A stretch of DNA of 64,000 nucleotides from Tubiluchus corallicola. Lineage: Eukaryota > Animalia > Priapulida. Shown in pieces: positions 39,801-53,439 of this stretch. The first letter of the stretch is position 1, and every line of letters begins with the position of its first letter. The translations under genes were made by a program, and so were the position numbers. The notes beneath the pieces are model-generated. The model saw only the letters and a program-made list of their open reading frames with translations. It searched no databases and was not told the DNA's origin. The stretch lies in contig JAQGDQ010000012.1 of the NCBI GenBank assembly GCA_030141605.1, positions 1,258,359 to 1,322,358 of the forward strand, written 5' to 3'.

Positions 39801-42800
39801 TTTTAAACAGCAATTTACAGGACGTAGCTAACTATCATTTACTTTGGAGCAATGTTTTGCAGTCTTGCAGCTCGGCAGTTGTTTATGAGTTTCAAATTTT
39901 TATGAAAGTTTGCAAGCCCGTTGTACCAAACTACAAATTGCTTAGTTATTAGTTTTTTGTATACTAAAATATGTATTGGAAATAAGCTTGAAAGCTTGTG
40001 TTTCTCAATTTAGTTTTACCTTGAGTAGGTCTAAGGTATTCGATATTTGAACTAGCTCTCTTTTAAAAACCTCATTCTATAAAAATTTTATCAGAGTTGC
40101 CCTGTATAGTTAGTAATGCCTTATTCAACACTTGCATTTGCTTAGTATTAAAATTACAGCAGGAATATATGATCAGCAAGCTTTGGCCTAATGGTTTTCA
40201 TCTGGAATGGTGTTATAACATTTAATTATAAATCATTGTACACCACCAGTAGCATGGACCATTCTATTCATCTTACCTTGCTTCTCTGGCACAAACCATT
40301 AAAAATTTCTCCATAGGATCTATTTATGGTTTATATCATTCAGAATAACCATATGTACTATAGTATTTTCACTTACAGCCATTCACTTTTTTTGAGTTGT
40401 CTTAGCTTAGTCATGGTCTTTTTAATACATTCTTATACTGTCCAGTGCAATTTTAATATCATGTAATTTTAGAAAGTTCATTGAAGTTTGTTTATTTATG
40501 CTCAGCATTTTGTTCTATTGTTTGTTTTTTAGGTAATGTTGTAATTTTAAGTCTACGTATTGTGTGGATTAAATTACCTGTGAATTGTAATCTCTCTTTT
40601 CTAATGTTCGTTGTGCTTATCTTTTAACAGCAAAATGTTTTAATGACAGAGTGTTTGTCTTTTAATATTAAAATCTCATTTTTATCATTTTAGCTTCAAA
40701 GTGAAATTTAGTTTCATTTCTTAAATTTTTAAATATTTTGAAAAACTGTTTTTACTTATAAAATTACATGTATCAACTAATTTTTCAATTTTTCAGTGTC
40801 AGTGTTTTCACCATTGAAAAAGTGTGCCACTCAAAATATTTGTCGCTGTTTTAGGGTCTACATAAATAAAATAATTTATTTTTTATAAACTATGTGTTTT
40901 TAGATAACTATGGTATGTGGAAGTTGCACAGCTGGAGCTGCTTATTTACCTTGCATGTCATGTGACGTGGTGATAGTAGATAAAATTGGAACTATTTTTC
41001 TGGGAGGACCTCCCCTTGTAAAGGCAGCCACAGGAGAGGTTGTTACACCGGAAGAACTTGGTGGTGCTACGCTCCATACGCAGTATGTGTAATTTCTGTT
41101 TTTGGTTCACTTCATTATTAAGAATTAAAGCACTTTTTATCTACTTTTGCATCATCTCTTTTATTTTCTTGACAATGGTTATTTTTTGATAATGATTGTA
41201 TTAGGTAGGGATGACATCCATGAAACAAGTGTTAGAATCTGTGGCAATATGTATAATTTTTACTGATTTGTATGCAGTGCACAACTCTTTTGTAAAAGTT
41301 GTCTAGTTGTCAGCATCCTTAGAGAAGCCTGGCATGGCAGCATAGTAACTAAATGTGACTAGCATGAAACTGATGTTAAACCATTCAAAATCAGTGTTAT
41401 TTTACCTTAAGTTTCAAACTAAACTGAAAATGAGTTTCAGAAAAATGTTTTTTAAGCTGCTTGAGTATGTTTTTACTTGTGAGTATAAATAGTATTACTT
41501 AGACATTAGCTTTTTCTACTTTTTGTTCAAGTTGTGTCACTGTACTAGAACCTATCGGCCTTATATAAAAATTAGAGGGTGGTGTTCATTTGTAAACTGT
41601 CAGATATTTCCACAAATGTGCAAAACAGTTGTTGATTTTACAAAAAAATAGACATGATGCAAGTTGTTGTTTTGTGAAATTATAAATTGATGATAACAAG
41701 ATTAAAAGTAAGGAGGGTTCTAGTGAAAATTAAAGATCATATATTGTGCTACATAGCCACCAGAGAGAATTGTGAAAAGTTGCAAGTTTGAAATATTTAT
41801 TAATCAGACTTTACAGTGGTTTACAAAGCACTGTTATGATTATTTGGACAAAGTTAAGTTTTGGGTTAGCCAACTTACCAAACTTGTTATTTTCTACTTC
41901 CTTAAGTCAATGTCATTATTGGTTTGGTTTACAGTGATTAAAACATGACCTGTTAATGACCCTTATGGTTTATATTTGAAATTATATTGATTATACTGAG
42001 TGTGTGCTTAAAATGGCTTGTTTTATCCTGCCTGTTTTGAAATCAATGTTAACCGAATCAACTTATCCTTGCAGGTTGAGTGGGTATGCAGATCACTTTG
42101 CAGCTGATGAGTTTGAAGCCATTGCAATTGTTCGTGATTCTGTACTAAGTCTTGGTGAGTTGGTGTCTTCACCAGAAAGGCAATGGGCGGAACCCTTGTA
42201 CAGTCAAGGAGATTTGGAAGGACTAGCACCTTCAAATGACACGGGCTATGTAGATATGAACAAGGTGCAATTTTTTAGGGCAATTATGATATGGGCTTGC
42301 ACTAAATGGTTTCACTTCTAGAAATCATGTTTCTTGTTATTTTTTGCCCAAGCGAATTGTTGACGGAGATATAATGCAGACCATCATGTATATGTCGATC
42401 TGTCTGAACGTATTTCCGGACAGAAGTTGTCATTATCACCCACCTGTTCTTGAATTTGGCTTTGAGGCTAAAATAAAATTGACATTTTAGTTTGTCTGTG
42501 TCTGCCAAGGAGGGGTGCGGGATTTACCATTTTCTGGGTCTCTTATTTAGACCGTTTTTATGGTTTCCATATAACCATTTATCAATTTAAAAGTAAGCTT
42601 TTGACTTTACTTTATGTTTTTTAAAATTAATTTCTAGACTAACTTTCTGGGCATTCACATTCCTTCCATTTTCTTGTTGTTGATTTATCTTGGTGGATGA
42701 ATAAAAAAAAGCTGCGTTTAAAAATAAGAGAAAGTAAGAGATGTAGGTGACAGAAAAAAAGTACAAAAAATCATATGGAATTACTATTACTATTTTTTTG

Positions 42801-45800
42801 GTGGGATGTTTTATATTTATATTATTAACTTATAAAGATATCACACTAAAAAGGACGCAAGTACATAGAGAAAAACAGATTTCAAAGCTTTTTCTGATTG
42901 TTTTTGTTTGTGAGCAGGTGCTTTTGTCAGGTACTGTATTTTACAGTAATATAATTTTGTTGTGCTACTAAATTTAACTTATTGTCAAATTTTAAGTTAT
43001 GATATAGCAGTTTTAAATAAACAAAACAGTTAAAGCAACATTAAATTGACAATAAAGCACAATTCTTTCTGGAATAATTGTATACTAGTAGTAGAATGTT
43101 TCTCTGTGTAGATGGCTTGAAATGATAATTAGTTTATTACGTGATGTTACATTTTGCTTTTTATTATAAATTTCTTATTACTGCCTTTTTATTATAACTT
43201 TTTATTAAACCAAGGACTGTTACCAGTAAATGAAAATTAGCTACATTTATTTCTTTTAGATTCTTGCACGTATTCTTGATGGCAGTCGATACCATCCTTT
43301 CAAGAAGTCGTATGATCCACAGTTGATTACTGCTTTTGGATACATCCAAGGGTAGATATCTGAGTGTGTTATATGCTTTTACATTACTAGACACTCTTAT
43401 TTTACGTACCTTGTTCTTCTGACTTGTTATGAGTACTGCTGTGTGTTCAGGAGGTGTATTTATTACTTTCTAGTAAATTTAGTAGCTTTCCTATGATTCT
43501 TTTATTATTTCTTACATTGATAAATGAGCAGTACTAAATAATTTTTATATTTATGGTGTATGTTGTCTAACCATTATTTAGCTTTATCTTTATTTGCTGC
43601 AGCCATCTAGTGGGAATTATAGCAAACAATGGTGAGCTGACCGAGAAAGGTTCCATGCAAGGTTCGCATTTCATTCAACTGTGTGCTCAACGTGACATTC
43701 CTCTTATTTTTCTACAAAATGTAACATCTAAAGCGTCATCGCTAATATTTACAGGTATTCATTAATGAAATTTCTAACTTTTATGAAAAAAGCTTGCTAT
43801 GTTTAAAAGGATTCTAAACTGTATTACAATATAAGTTTAAATTATGTGTTGTTAAAAGTTATCAATATCTTGAGCCATTGCACTGCGTGAAACCTTCGCA
43901 GGAGCAATATTACGTTGTTTTTAACTGAAAAAATTAGCAGCTAATCTAATGTTGTGGTCATGTTTGCGCAAAAGTACATTATCTCTTGCTGACATCGGCT
44001 GACACTCTGCAAGTTTATGTAAACAGCTGATGACAAACGCTTGCCTTGAGTTGTTTGTACATAACAGTTTTAACAGATTCTTTGCATTTTTTGGCTCATA
44101 GCACTAATTTTTTTTATGTGATAATGTAATTTATGATATTGTCTCAGTTTTGAAATAGTTAGGTTTTTATGGTTACTTAAGTGTACACTGTAGGCCTTGA
44201 ACAACTGTTTATTAATTCTAGTTAGTGTACTTGTGCTGTGCCACGTTAACATTTAAGAATAATCAGTAACTCTAATCAATTCTCATCATGCGGTTCTGAC
44301 TAAGAATGCAGCTACCCTAGTCACTGCAATAAGTTGTCTTGTTGGTTTTGTTGGTTTGCCTACTGCTAAAACCTTAACTTGTTTACAAAGGTTTTTACAA
44401 TTATAATTTTTGGTAGAACAAACGTGCAGTACTTTTAATGTTGTTATAATTTACTTTACTCATCTGGGAAAGGTAAAAGTTATTCGCCAGTAATGTAGTC
44501 ATCTGCATATTATCATAGACATGAAAGACATCAGCGATGCAACCAGCCATACAGTCAGGTCTGTCCAAACTATCCAACTAGGTCACAGATGCAAAGGGTT
44601 GACAGTCTGTCAAGTTTACTGTAGTTTACTGAACAATGTAAATTAATAATTAGTGGCCTCTAGACTAGAGGGTGTCTTTCAAGCTAGATCACAGAGATAA
44701 AAGCAACGTCAGTGTCTTGGAACTTGGCACGGAGAGAGCAATTTGTTTACGTTATATTTATTACCTGACAGAAAGTTGCATGAATGTTGTTAGAGGTCAA
44801 GTGTTAACAGTTAAAACTGGAAAAGTATGCGAAAGGTAATCTATCTCAGCGAAGAAAAGCAATAGATTTACAACCTACCATTTGAGAATTAGTAAAAATA
44901 TTCTATTACTTTCCGTTTGTTGCTGTTCACTCTATGTATTGATTTTTGGCAGTCTACTTTTGAGAGCCAATCACAGTGTGAAAGCAGGATTCTTTAATAT
45001 AAACATTTATATTTAGAGGTTCGTAAAGCATATCACAAAAATTTGTGATGAAATCACTTTAACAAGACACAGCAAATGTTCTGAACTTATGTTGTTTTAT
45101 AGTATTACTTTTTGACACAAGGATCTTGTTTCTAACAATATTGTTTCATATTTGGCTTGAATTTGCAGGTTTTCTGCTCATTGCTTTTGAAGACTATAAG
45201 GTTTTGTTTTGCAAATATTATATTTTATTTATTTATTTATTTTGTTTTTGGTTGACTACAGGGTTGTTGTTTTGGGTAGTGTATTTTTGTTTTCGCTTTA
45301 GGGCAACTTCAAGGTGATCTGTTACGAGGTTATGCTAGTATGATGAAAGCAGTCGCAAATGCAAACATTCCTAAAATAACTGTGACCGTTGGATCAAACA
45401 CTGGTGCTCACAGTTTTCCTATGGTATGTGATTTTACTGATTTACATAATTATGTCAACTAGAAAGGCCTTAGTTGGCAGTATTAAGATGGCTGTGTCTT
45501 TTCAAATGTATTCTGGAACAGTCTGTCTTTGCAAGAAACAAAGATATAGTGTTCAATAAGTTTCATTTAATTCTGCCTTTTGCTGGAATGCAGTGCCGTC
45601 ATTAAGCAAGGATTTGTTGTAATGGCATAGAAATAATGGTAATGTGATTAAATCAGGTCTGTGGATATTTTTTTAGTTTCTTTTTGTACGTTTCGACACA
45701 TTGCAAGTTGAATGACTGACAAGTTTATGTGTCCAACAAGATGAGCCAGCAGAACCAGCAGAGATGTCTTAGCCACATTCAGACGTATATACATCCTCAT

Positions 45801-48565
45801 CCATGTATACATCTATAAGATAAACAGACACAGTCAGTATGGTGATGAAAACCACTTAAAGCGAGTATCAAACCCAGGCTGTCACTAGCCATTCAGTGCC
45901 AATCAGCTTGCATGACCTCTTTGCTATTCACTCGCCTCACAATATATGTATGTGGTTGTGACTGATTTTTGCTATTTTTTCAGCTCTTGATCACAGGTTT
46001 TGATGTGTGAAATATCAGATACTCAGTTTTTCATCTTCTCTTTAATGACATGTTTTTATTCAGAGTGACCTGATGCAAAGAGAAACTGGAAGTAAAAAAA
46101 CGTCATTTTGACATTTCTGGTCATTTTTGCAAAAATTTTAAATCCCCAATGATGTTAGAGAACGAGACTGTGATGTTTGAAATACTAGGTGTCGTTTGAA
46201 AGCAGAAAGCCTTTTGTTACAGGCATAATTGCTTTTGCAGAGAGGCTTAGGGTTTCATACAGGATTAACTTTTCGACTGCACCTGCCAAATTTTGCAAAA
46301 GATCACACAGACAGCTTATAAAAGAATTTTAGGGTGTATTTTGGAGTAATAAAAAACCAAGAATTTTTCTCGAACAAGGCTGTTTAAGAAGGTGCAGAAA
46401 TATTGTTTAAGATAACAAAATGGCAACTGCCGTTCCAATTTTGTGATTTGTCATTGTGAAAATATAAAATGATTATATATAGGACTCTAGTCTAAAACTG
46501 TTACAAGACTGTATCAAATGTTATTTTTGCATTACTGATCATTTGTGGATGAATCTAATGGCACCTATTGTGTTGTAAGATAATGACAAAATAATTCTGA
46601 CGGCACAAGTGCTGTTAAAAAGCATTAGAGTAAATTCAAAAAGCATGGATGAATGATTTTTTAAATTTGATCAGCAAATTTGGTTAAAGGGTGATTGCCA
46701 TTCAACTTTCGGTTAACATTTTTCGATTAGCACTTTCTATGAATATATGAGGCCTAACAAATAAAGTGGTTACAAGTAGAATGTGAAACTGAAACCTTTA
46801 TTTTAGACTCAATTAAGCAAAGTTGAGCACTTGCTTGTCTTTTGCACCCCTTTGGCAATAAGTGTACCTTGATAAACTCAAAAGTGCTTACTATCTTTGC
46901 TGTCAGTCTTATGTGATGGTCACTATAATTATATTAAATGTATTTTTAATAGTTTTATATTGCAAAGTATTTTCCCTAATGTCCACTTTAAATGCTGAAC
47001 TAAACATAAAAAGCTAAGTGGGCTTTTAATTTTGCCAAGTTATAGTACCTAGGTGTTGCACACTAGGCCTACAGTTGACATTAAATGTTCAGTTGTCTTA
47101 TAATGGATCCAATTATTGCTGTTTAATTTTGGTGATTTCTGGCAATTGTATAAAGTATATTAGCTAGTACTGGCTATGCCAATAAATTCATTGACTTTTG
47201 GTTTTCAGTTTTCAGTCATAGCAAGAAAAATAATTTTTTGAAGTTTGTCAAACAGCAGTCAGCATGACTATTGTATTTGTCATGACTTTTCCCAAATTGC
47301 ATGTTGCATTATTACAATTGTGAACAAACAGTCCATTTTGCAGCAAAGTGTAAATTGTGCGTTGTAAAATGTGTCAACAAATACATTTTTTGGGATGAGT
47401 AAAATTACAATAAACATATTCTCTCATTGTTGTGTTACACCTAACACAACGAAAATTGGCAGTAAAATGTGATACGAATCTCATTAAATTAATCCCTGTA
47501 CAGTTTTGTTTGTTTTAAGCTTCAGCTTTTTTGGCACCGAGGCTGCCAATGTTCTTCAACGAATCATCTTTTTCTTATATTTGTGCTTGTTAAACTATGA
47601 CAACTTGTTGTTATTATTTTGTTAAGATGACCATTGTTGTCTGAATGAGATTAAAAGAAGTTTGGAAAATGTGCTAAAAGCTATCCTTTGTGAGTTAGTA
47701 TTACAAATACTGAAATATTTATTTTTTTAGTGCGGAAGGTCATTCAGTCCAAATTTTATGTTTTCATGGCCTAATTCCAAAACTGCAATAGTGGACGAGT
47801 CAAATTTGGGTCACCTAGGCTTGGTAAGAATTTACTATTGTTGTGATTATACAAAATAAAAAAGACATCACCTTATCAATTGTATACTTCATTTAGTTTT
47901 AATTCATATAGCAGTTCATCTGGGTGTGCTACAGTGCAATTATGTATTTTCAGTGAATGTGGTAGTAAAGCTGCGTGATAGGAAAATGATATTGGTCAAA
48001 GATTCTATTTATCGATTCATTTCATAGTGGAAGATACAGTTGTTCATATGATCATTAGTGTTTAATTGCAGAAACCCGATGAAGAAAATAATATGAGGGA
48101 ACAATTAAAAACTGAATCATCGTCATTCTATGCTGCGAGCAGGTTATGGGTAGATGACATTATACTTCCTACTAATACACGCAAGGTTAGTAACCGAAGT
48201 AAGCGTTGCGTACTAATATGGGTGCCGATGAATGAAGTTTTTTGTTATTCTTTCTGTGGTACCTTTAATGTAACAAATCACACTTTTACGGTGATGGCAT
48301 ATACAGAAGCACAAAAATTACTTTTCAGAATTGTAACTTAATTTCCAAAAGACGTAAATAAATTTAAATATCAACCAGTTTTACACCTCAAGTTGTCTGC
48401 AAGGCCTTACTGTAAAAGTTTGTGACACTGGTAATAGACTGGTTTAGTTCTTGATCATTTTTTATTTCAAAAAATGTCATTGTGGAAGTTACTAGCTATA
48501 ATTCTTTTGTGAAGAGACTCGTATCAGTTATAACTGTCTTGTTAATCCGCTTTAAATAAATAAAG

Positions 48566-48601
<36 letters not shown>

Positions 48602-49622
48602 AATCTCATTAGCAGTTTTTATGGTTGTAGTTGGAGATAATCGAATCCATATTGATTAAAGCAGGTGTTCCACTCCATGCAGTGATACTAGATAACCACC
48701 TGAATTATAGAAGTTTAAAAATTTACTTCATCTGACTTTTTAAAGTTTCCTTTTTTAATACACTTTCTTATATATCTATATACTGATTGTGTTTTGTTTT
48801 CTTTTCAAGACTATTATTATAATTCTATTTGACTTTAATTGTTACACGTAGAAAGTGTGAAAGAGAAGACTGATTTGGAAAGCATGATATTTTTGGAATT
48901 AAATGAACTGTTTGTAGAAACTTGATGCCTGAGAGTTTTCAATCGGTTGTAAGTTGCAACCAAAGGCTTGAAATATAAATATATGTTTAGAAAAAACTTG
49001 ATCTCGTAAGTTGCAACCAAATTTTGTTACAAAGAAATGATGTACGGCTTGATGATTTATAGGAAAACTTCAAGATTTATGTGAATCGGTTACTCGTCTA
49101 ATGCTAATAGGTTTAAAATTTGGCTATAAAGCTTGAAACATATTTTTAAATCAGTGTAAATAAGTCAGGCCTCTTCATCTTAGTATTCAATAATTGTCCA
49201 CTCGTATTGTAATGTCGCAAGTATTTGTCAAATTAAAAGTGATGGGATGCAGAAGGTCAAGGTCTGCATTTTGTTTTGAACACACATTTCAAATTTCGAA
49301 TTATTTAATATATTCTGATTTCTGTGTGTAGAGTTGACAAATTTTCTGTATGTTTAAAGAGTAGTAGTAGTAATAACAGCAGAATCATTTTCTAAACTGA
49401 ATGTGTCGAAGTTTGCTGTGTAGGCATGGCAGTTTTTAGAGTATGTTGGAAAGATTTTCTGCTTCCTCTCATGTGCTATAGGTGTAATATAAGTCTTTGC
49501 CTGTTGTTTGATTTCCTATCCATTGATCGTTTTAGGTACTTGCTCATTGTCTGGATATTATCAATGATCAGCGACGACAGACAAAGGCCAATGACATGTT
49601 TAACGCTGTCTACAGATTTTAA
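36765..49622 (+). CDS. Methylcrotonoyl-CoA carboxylase beta chain-like carboxyltransferase (diverged MCCC2 paralog-like), 12 exons, 557 aa
   Basis: Exons 36765-36872, 37345-37621, 38974-39152, 39632-39712, 40904-41082, 42075-42264, 43260-43351, 43603-43754, 45302-45423, 47731-47823, 48072-48185, 49536-49622 give a 1674-nt ORF. Motifs: [67 protein letters not shown]-terminal AVYRF. The N-terminus is basic and lacks acidic residues, like a mitochondrial presequence. Confidence 0.93.
36894..37207. mobile_element. hAT-type MITE with GGAGTC subterminal repeats
   Basis: TIR tagggctgtggagtcgg / ccgactccacagtcctg; 8-bp TSD gttctgcc (36886-36893) / gttctgtc (37208-37215). Confidence 0.88.
37345..37621 (+). 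CDS. MCC-beta-like exon
   Basis: [28 protein letters not shown]...[11 protein letters not shown]; GC donor. Confidence 0.9.
38974..39152 (+). CDS. MCC-beta-like exon
   Basis: [22 protein letters not shown]...[10 protein letters not shown]. Confidence 0.95.
39632..39712 (+). CDS. MCC-beta-like exon
   Basis: [27 protein letters not shown]. Confidence 0.95.
40904..41082 (+). CDS. MCC-beta-like exon
   Basis: [13 protein letters not shown]...[30 protein letters not shown]. Confidence 0.96.
42075..42264 (+). CDS. MCC-beta-like exon
   Basis: [16 protein letters not shown]...[11 protein letters not shown]. Confidence 0.93.
43260..43351 (+). CDS. MCC-beta-like exon
   Basis: [31 protein letters not shown]. 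Confidence 0.93.
43603..43754 (+). CDS. MCC-beta-like exon
   Basis: [12 protein letters not shown]...[22 protein letters not shown]. Confidence 0.93.
45302..45423 (+). CDS. MCC-beta-like exon
   Basis: [28 protein letters not shown]. Confidence 0.92.
47731..47823 (+). CDS. MCC-beta-like exon
   Basis: [21 protein letters not shown]. Confidence 0.92.
48072..48185 (+). CDS. MCC-beta-like exon
   Basis: [24 protein letters not shown]. Confidence 0.92.
49536..49622 (+). CDS. MCC-beta-like terminal coding exon
   Basis: ttttag|[28 protein letters not shown]. Confidence 0.88.
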   Translation, partial: VLAHCLDIINDQRRQTKANDMFNAVYRF

Positions 49623-52049
49623 CAGTTTTCATGCTGTACAAGGTTTTTAGCTGTTATTTCTCTCCCAGGTGAGTTGATTTACTTGTAATAATTGTGTGAT
49701 AACTTAGAGCTGCAAAGATATTTACAGAATTTTGGTTATTGACATTCGATATGAAGATATCAGATTGTGTTGAAAATCATGATTTGAAGTTATAATTTTG
49801 ACAGTCGCAGGATAGGTTGGTGCACTTCACTTGCATTCTCAGTTTGAATTACGCAATGCCTACCAGTATTACCTATGGCGTGTCATACTGCCCTCGACAT
49901 GGTTGTCTACCTCAGAGAACACACTCATGAAGGGATATGAACCCATGGCTGGAAGTTGGAACCCTCACCTTCGTTCCTGTCATCGTGCGATCTAGTTGTG
50001 ATTCAAAATGGCAGCTTCTGCCAAAAGAAACTTATTAATGGAATTATTTTACAAGACACTGGAAAGTGTTATTTATGCAATTTAGCAAGCTATCATCCCA
50101 TATTGTATCAGTTGCTTCATATTTACTTTTTTCATGTTTTATACGTACGTAATATTAAATCGGTGTTGAAATTGAATAGGATATTAAAGTCCTAATTTGA
50201 AAAATATCGATTGTCAAAATGCAAAAGAAACTGACATCTTTCGCACTCTCTAGTTTATAATAACTGCCCACTGTTACCTGTCCAGTCTTACTGGCTTAAT
50301 TTTTTGGTTGAGGATGTTTTCGCTTGGATTTTTTCACAAGAGCTTCTAAAAATGTGAGCCACGTTTCTTTGCATTATTTACGATGTCGTTTTTAATTTTA
50401 ATTCTAATATTTAGTATTTTGTTTACTTCAAATCTGAAATTATTATCCGAAAATTGCAATATTTTTTTAAAAAAAATTGTTCAGCATCACCTCCACTTAC
50501 AATTTTTAGACAAGGGGATCAAAACAGTTTTTTTAAAAAAAGAAACAAATATTACTGTGTTTAAATGGATTGTTTGTAAATTTCATTTTTTATTTTTACA
50601 TGATGAATTTATGTGCTGCATTCCACCAGTATTACATTTAAATAATGTAACTGTAGAAATGAATGTGGTGTTCCTAGAAAATTACTTTTGTCCTTTTAAT
50701 GTGTTGGCTTTTAGATGATTGGGTGTAGGATTTTTTCTGGCTACAAATACTAGGCCGCTTTTTCGTGTGGTAATGTTGTCTGTTGAATCAGAAGTCAGCT
50801 TTAAAATGCCGTTTATATTTTTATAAATTTTTTCTCTTCTACCTTGAGACAGGTCATTTCCTGTAAGCAATTGATTTAGATGTCAAAGTTTCTTGCTAGT
50901 TTTTATGTAATTTTTTCTGTATAAACAAAAAGCTAATGGGCCATTTCGTGTCTTGCATATATAGGAGTGATGATTTGCATGATTTGATTAAAGTTGCAAA
51001 AATTTTATATGTGGCCTAAAATGTGTATAAATTTCTTTGTTATTTTCATAAAATTAATATAATTGGTTACCCCGGTCCTATATTTACCAAATGTTACTCA
51101 CTTTGTTCATTTTATGTAACTATAGCTATGGAAATTTTTATATTATAGTTATGAAAATACCAGGAAATACTGCTTCAAGTAAAAAAATATGTGTAAAATC
51201 AATTTAAGTCATAGTTTCTATAATAGTATCTTGTGCAGTCTCCCCTGAGAATCAAATAAGCTGAAGGCCATTTGGTATCATGGGTAATTAATGAGCTAAT
51301 TTACATATTTTCATGAATGTCACAGACAACTTGTATTGGATTTGCTTTGGATATGTCTCATTACATTATATATTGATCTGATAGATATTGCTATTGTTAT
51401 TCTAAAAATGTTTTACATTAATTAAGCAAATTTATCGTGATTTACAGAGATTTGATTTGATCATTTAAAATCCAAATTTTTCTTTGTAATTGTTGTTGGT
51501 CCTATTTTATTGGTAAGCATAAGAAGACTACTAAATAGAATTAGTTTATCAAACAAATATTTTCATGCATCAAAAATTGCAAATAAATGCTTGCATGAGG
51601 CTGAGAGGTTGACAACCCCGCTTATAGGTTATGTGCATGTCTGTGTGCTTGTGTAAGCTACGTATGTGTATGTATATAAGTGGTATGTGTATATCTGTAT
51701 TATGTTTATGTAGAGTATTTGGTATTGTTTTTTATATATATATATATTTGTTTCTGCCATATATATATATATATATATAATGTCATAATCTAACATGCTG
51801 CTATAATTTTTTGTAAACTATTTAAATTGAAATGGATAAAAGCATTTGTGTAGATTTTCTGAGTAGCTAAAGTTGATAATTTGGTAAATTTATTACGGTA
51901 ATAATGCATATAATCGTCTGGATCGTTGTCGCTGCAAGAGAAATTTGGTAAATTTACTATCGTAAATATGAAAACACACGTAATCGTCTGGATCATTGTC
52001 GTTGCTAGAGAAATTTGTCATAGTAGAAAAATCAATCATGTAAAGATGG

Positions 52050-53210
52050 AAAGTTTGCTAGTTTGATAATGAAATTTCAAAAATAAAAAAAAGTCATGCG
52101 CATCTTCATTCTCTTGATTGCAAAATGGGAAAATTGAGTTTAAGCATATCATACTCTAATACACATCATTAGAACTTGCAATACATGTTAAATTCTTTTA
52201 ATGTTAATGTGGTACATCTGAGTCTGTAAGATGTACCCAACTTGACAAACATCACTTTGAATACATTGTTGATTTCTCTTACAAGGTTAGGTGCACTTTC
52301 TGAATTGGTTAAAATTAGCTAAACTTCAACAGTTTTAATTATGTAGTCTATTACATGATTATTAGTCAAGTTTCTCTTTTATCTGTCCAAAGTCTCTTTC
52401 AGATTCAATTGCAAATACCTCACTCTTATCACTAGGTTTTAGCAGAATTTTGCCATTTTTGGTCCAGAGGTATTTGAATCCTTTTTCGTTCTTATACTGT
52501 CATGGAGTACTTGTCGCCTTTTAGCAGTTAAGCTCTCCTTGATGTAAATTTTGTTTCGACCATAAAACTGACTTGCTCTCGGGTCTATGTGCCATAGATT
52601 TTTTCCAATTGTTGTAAATTTCATCTCTTTTTTCTTTTCTATTGAACTTATCTTTGGTGCATCACCTCGTCTGTTTTGCGGCAGCCTGTGGATAGTACTA
52701 AGATCGCCTGACTTTGCTGTGGGATATCAAGCATTATTTGGTTGGTGTCTTCACCTGGCAGCAAAGGCACCCCACTAATCTCTATACATACTCTTCTGCT
52801 ATGCTGCTCAAAACTGTCAAAAGCTGCATCTTTCTCTTTAATTTTTTGGTGATGCACACAGACAGTTTCCTCGAGAAATTTAACTTTAGTTTTTACGTCA
52901 CTGACAACTCCTTTGATCTCCTTTTTGAAATCTTCAAAACTTTGAAAATTTCAGAAATAAATCTTTGTGAGTCCTTGTGAGTTCTACTTGACTTTTCAAA
53001 TGGTTATATAGAGAACATACTTGTAGCGTCAAGCTATTTACCGCTGCCAATATTGATTCGTTGATACCTATTTTGAGTTCATGCTATGTTCTTCAGTACC
53101 TCCCGACGTAATTAAGTCAGCCTCTGTTTTCGATTTTCCCGCCATATCATCGTTCTTTGTTGGGTTGTTAAATGCCACAGTCAAAATTGCTTCATTTGTT
53201 TCTGCCATAA
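52050..53210 (-). mobile_element. Decayed CR1/L2-group LINE (ORF1 and start of ORF2)
   Basis: EQHSRRVCIEISGVP..GEDT and KIYIKESLTAKRRQVL are typical LINE ORF1p motifs; frameshifted. Confidence 0.8.
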
Positions 53211-53439
53211 TTTACTCTCTCGTTTTTTACTCTTTCTTGTTTCTACAACCATTTAGTGAAATAGGCTGATTAAATTTGTTGCCGTAACATTGAATAATAC
53301 TCGAAATATTAGCTAATTTTGTCATATATTTGCAAAACTCAATACATTTAATACTGGCATTCAGGGCCGCCAAGTGAATTTTTGGGGCCCAGTGCAAAAG
53401 GAAACTTAAGCCCCCTCCTCCAATTTCCAAATAATGATA

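Noticed and set aside
40520-40538. ttttttAG|GTAATG as a recursive splice site
   Set aside because: It sits in a short 1.2-kb intron, and T-rich AG-GT motifs are common by chance in this composition.
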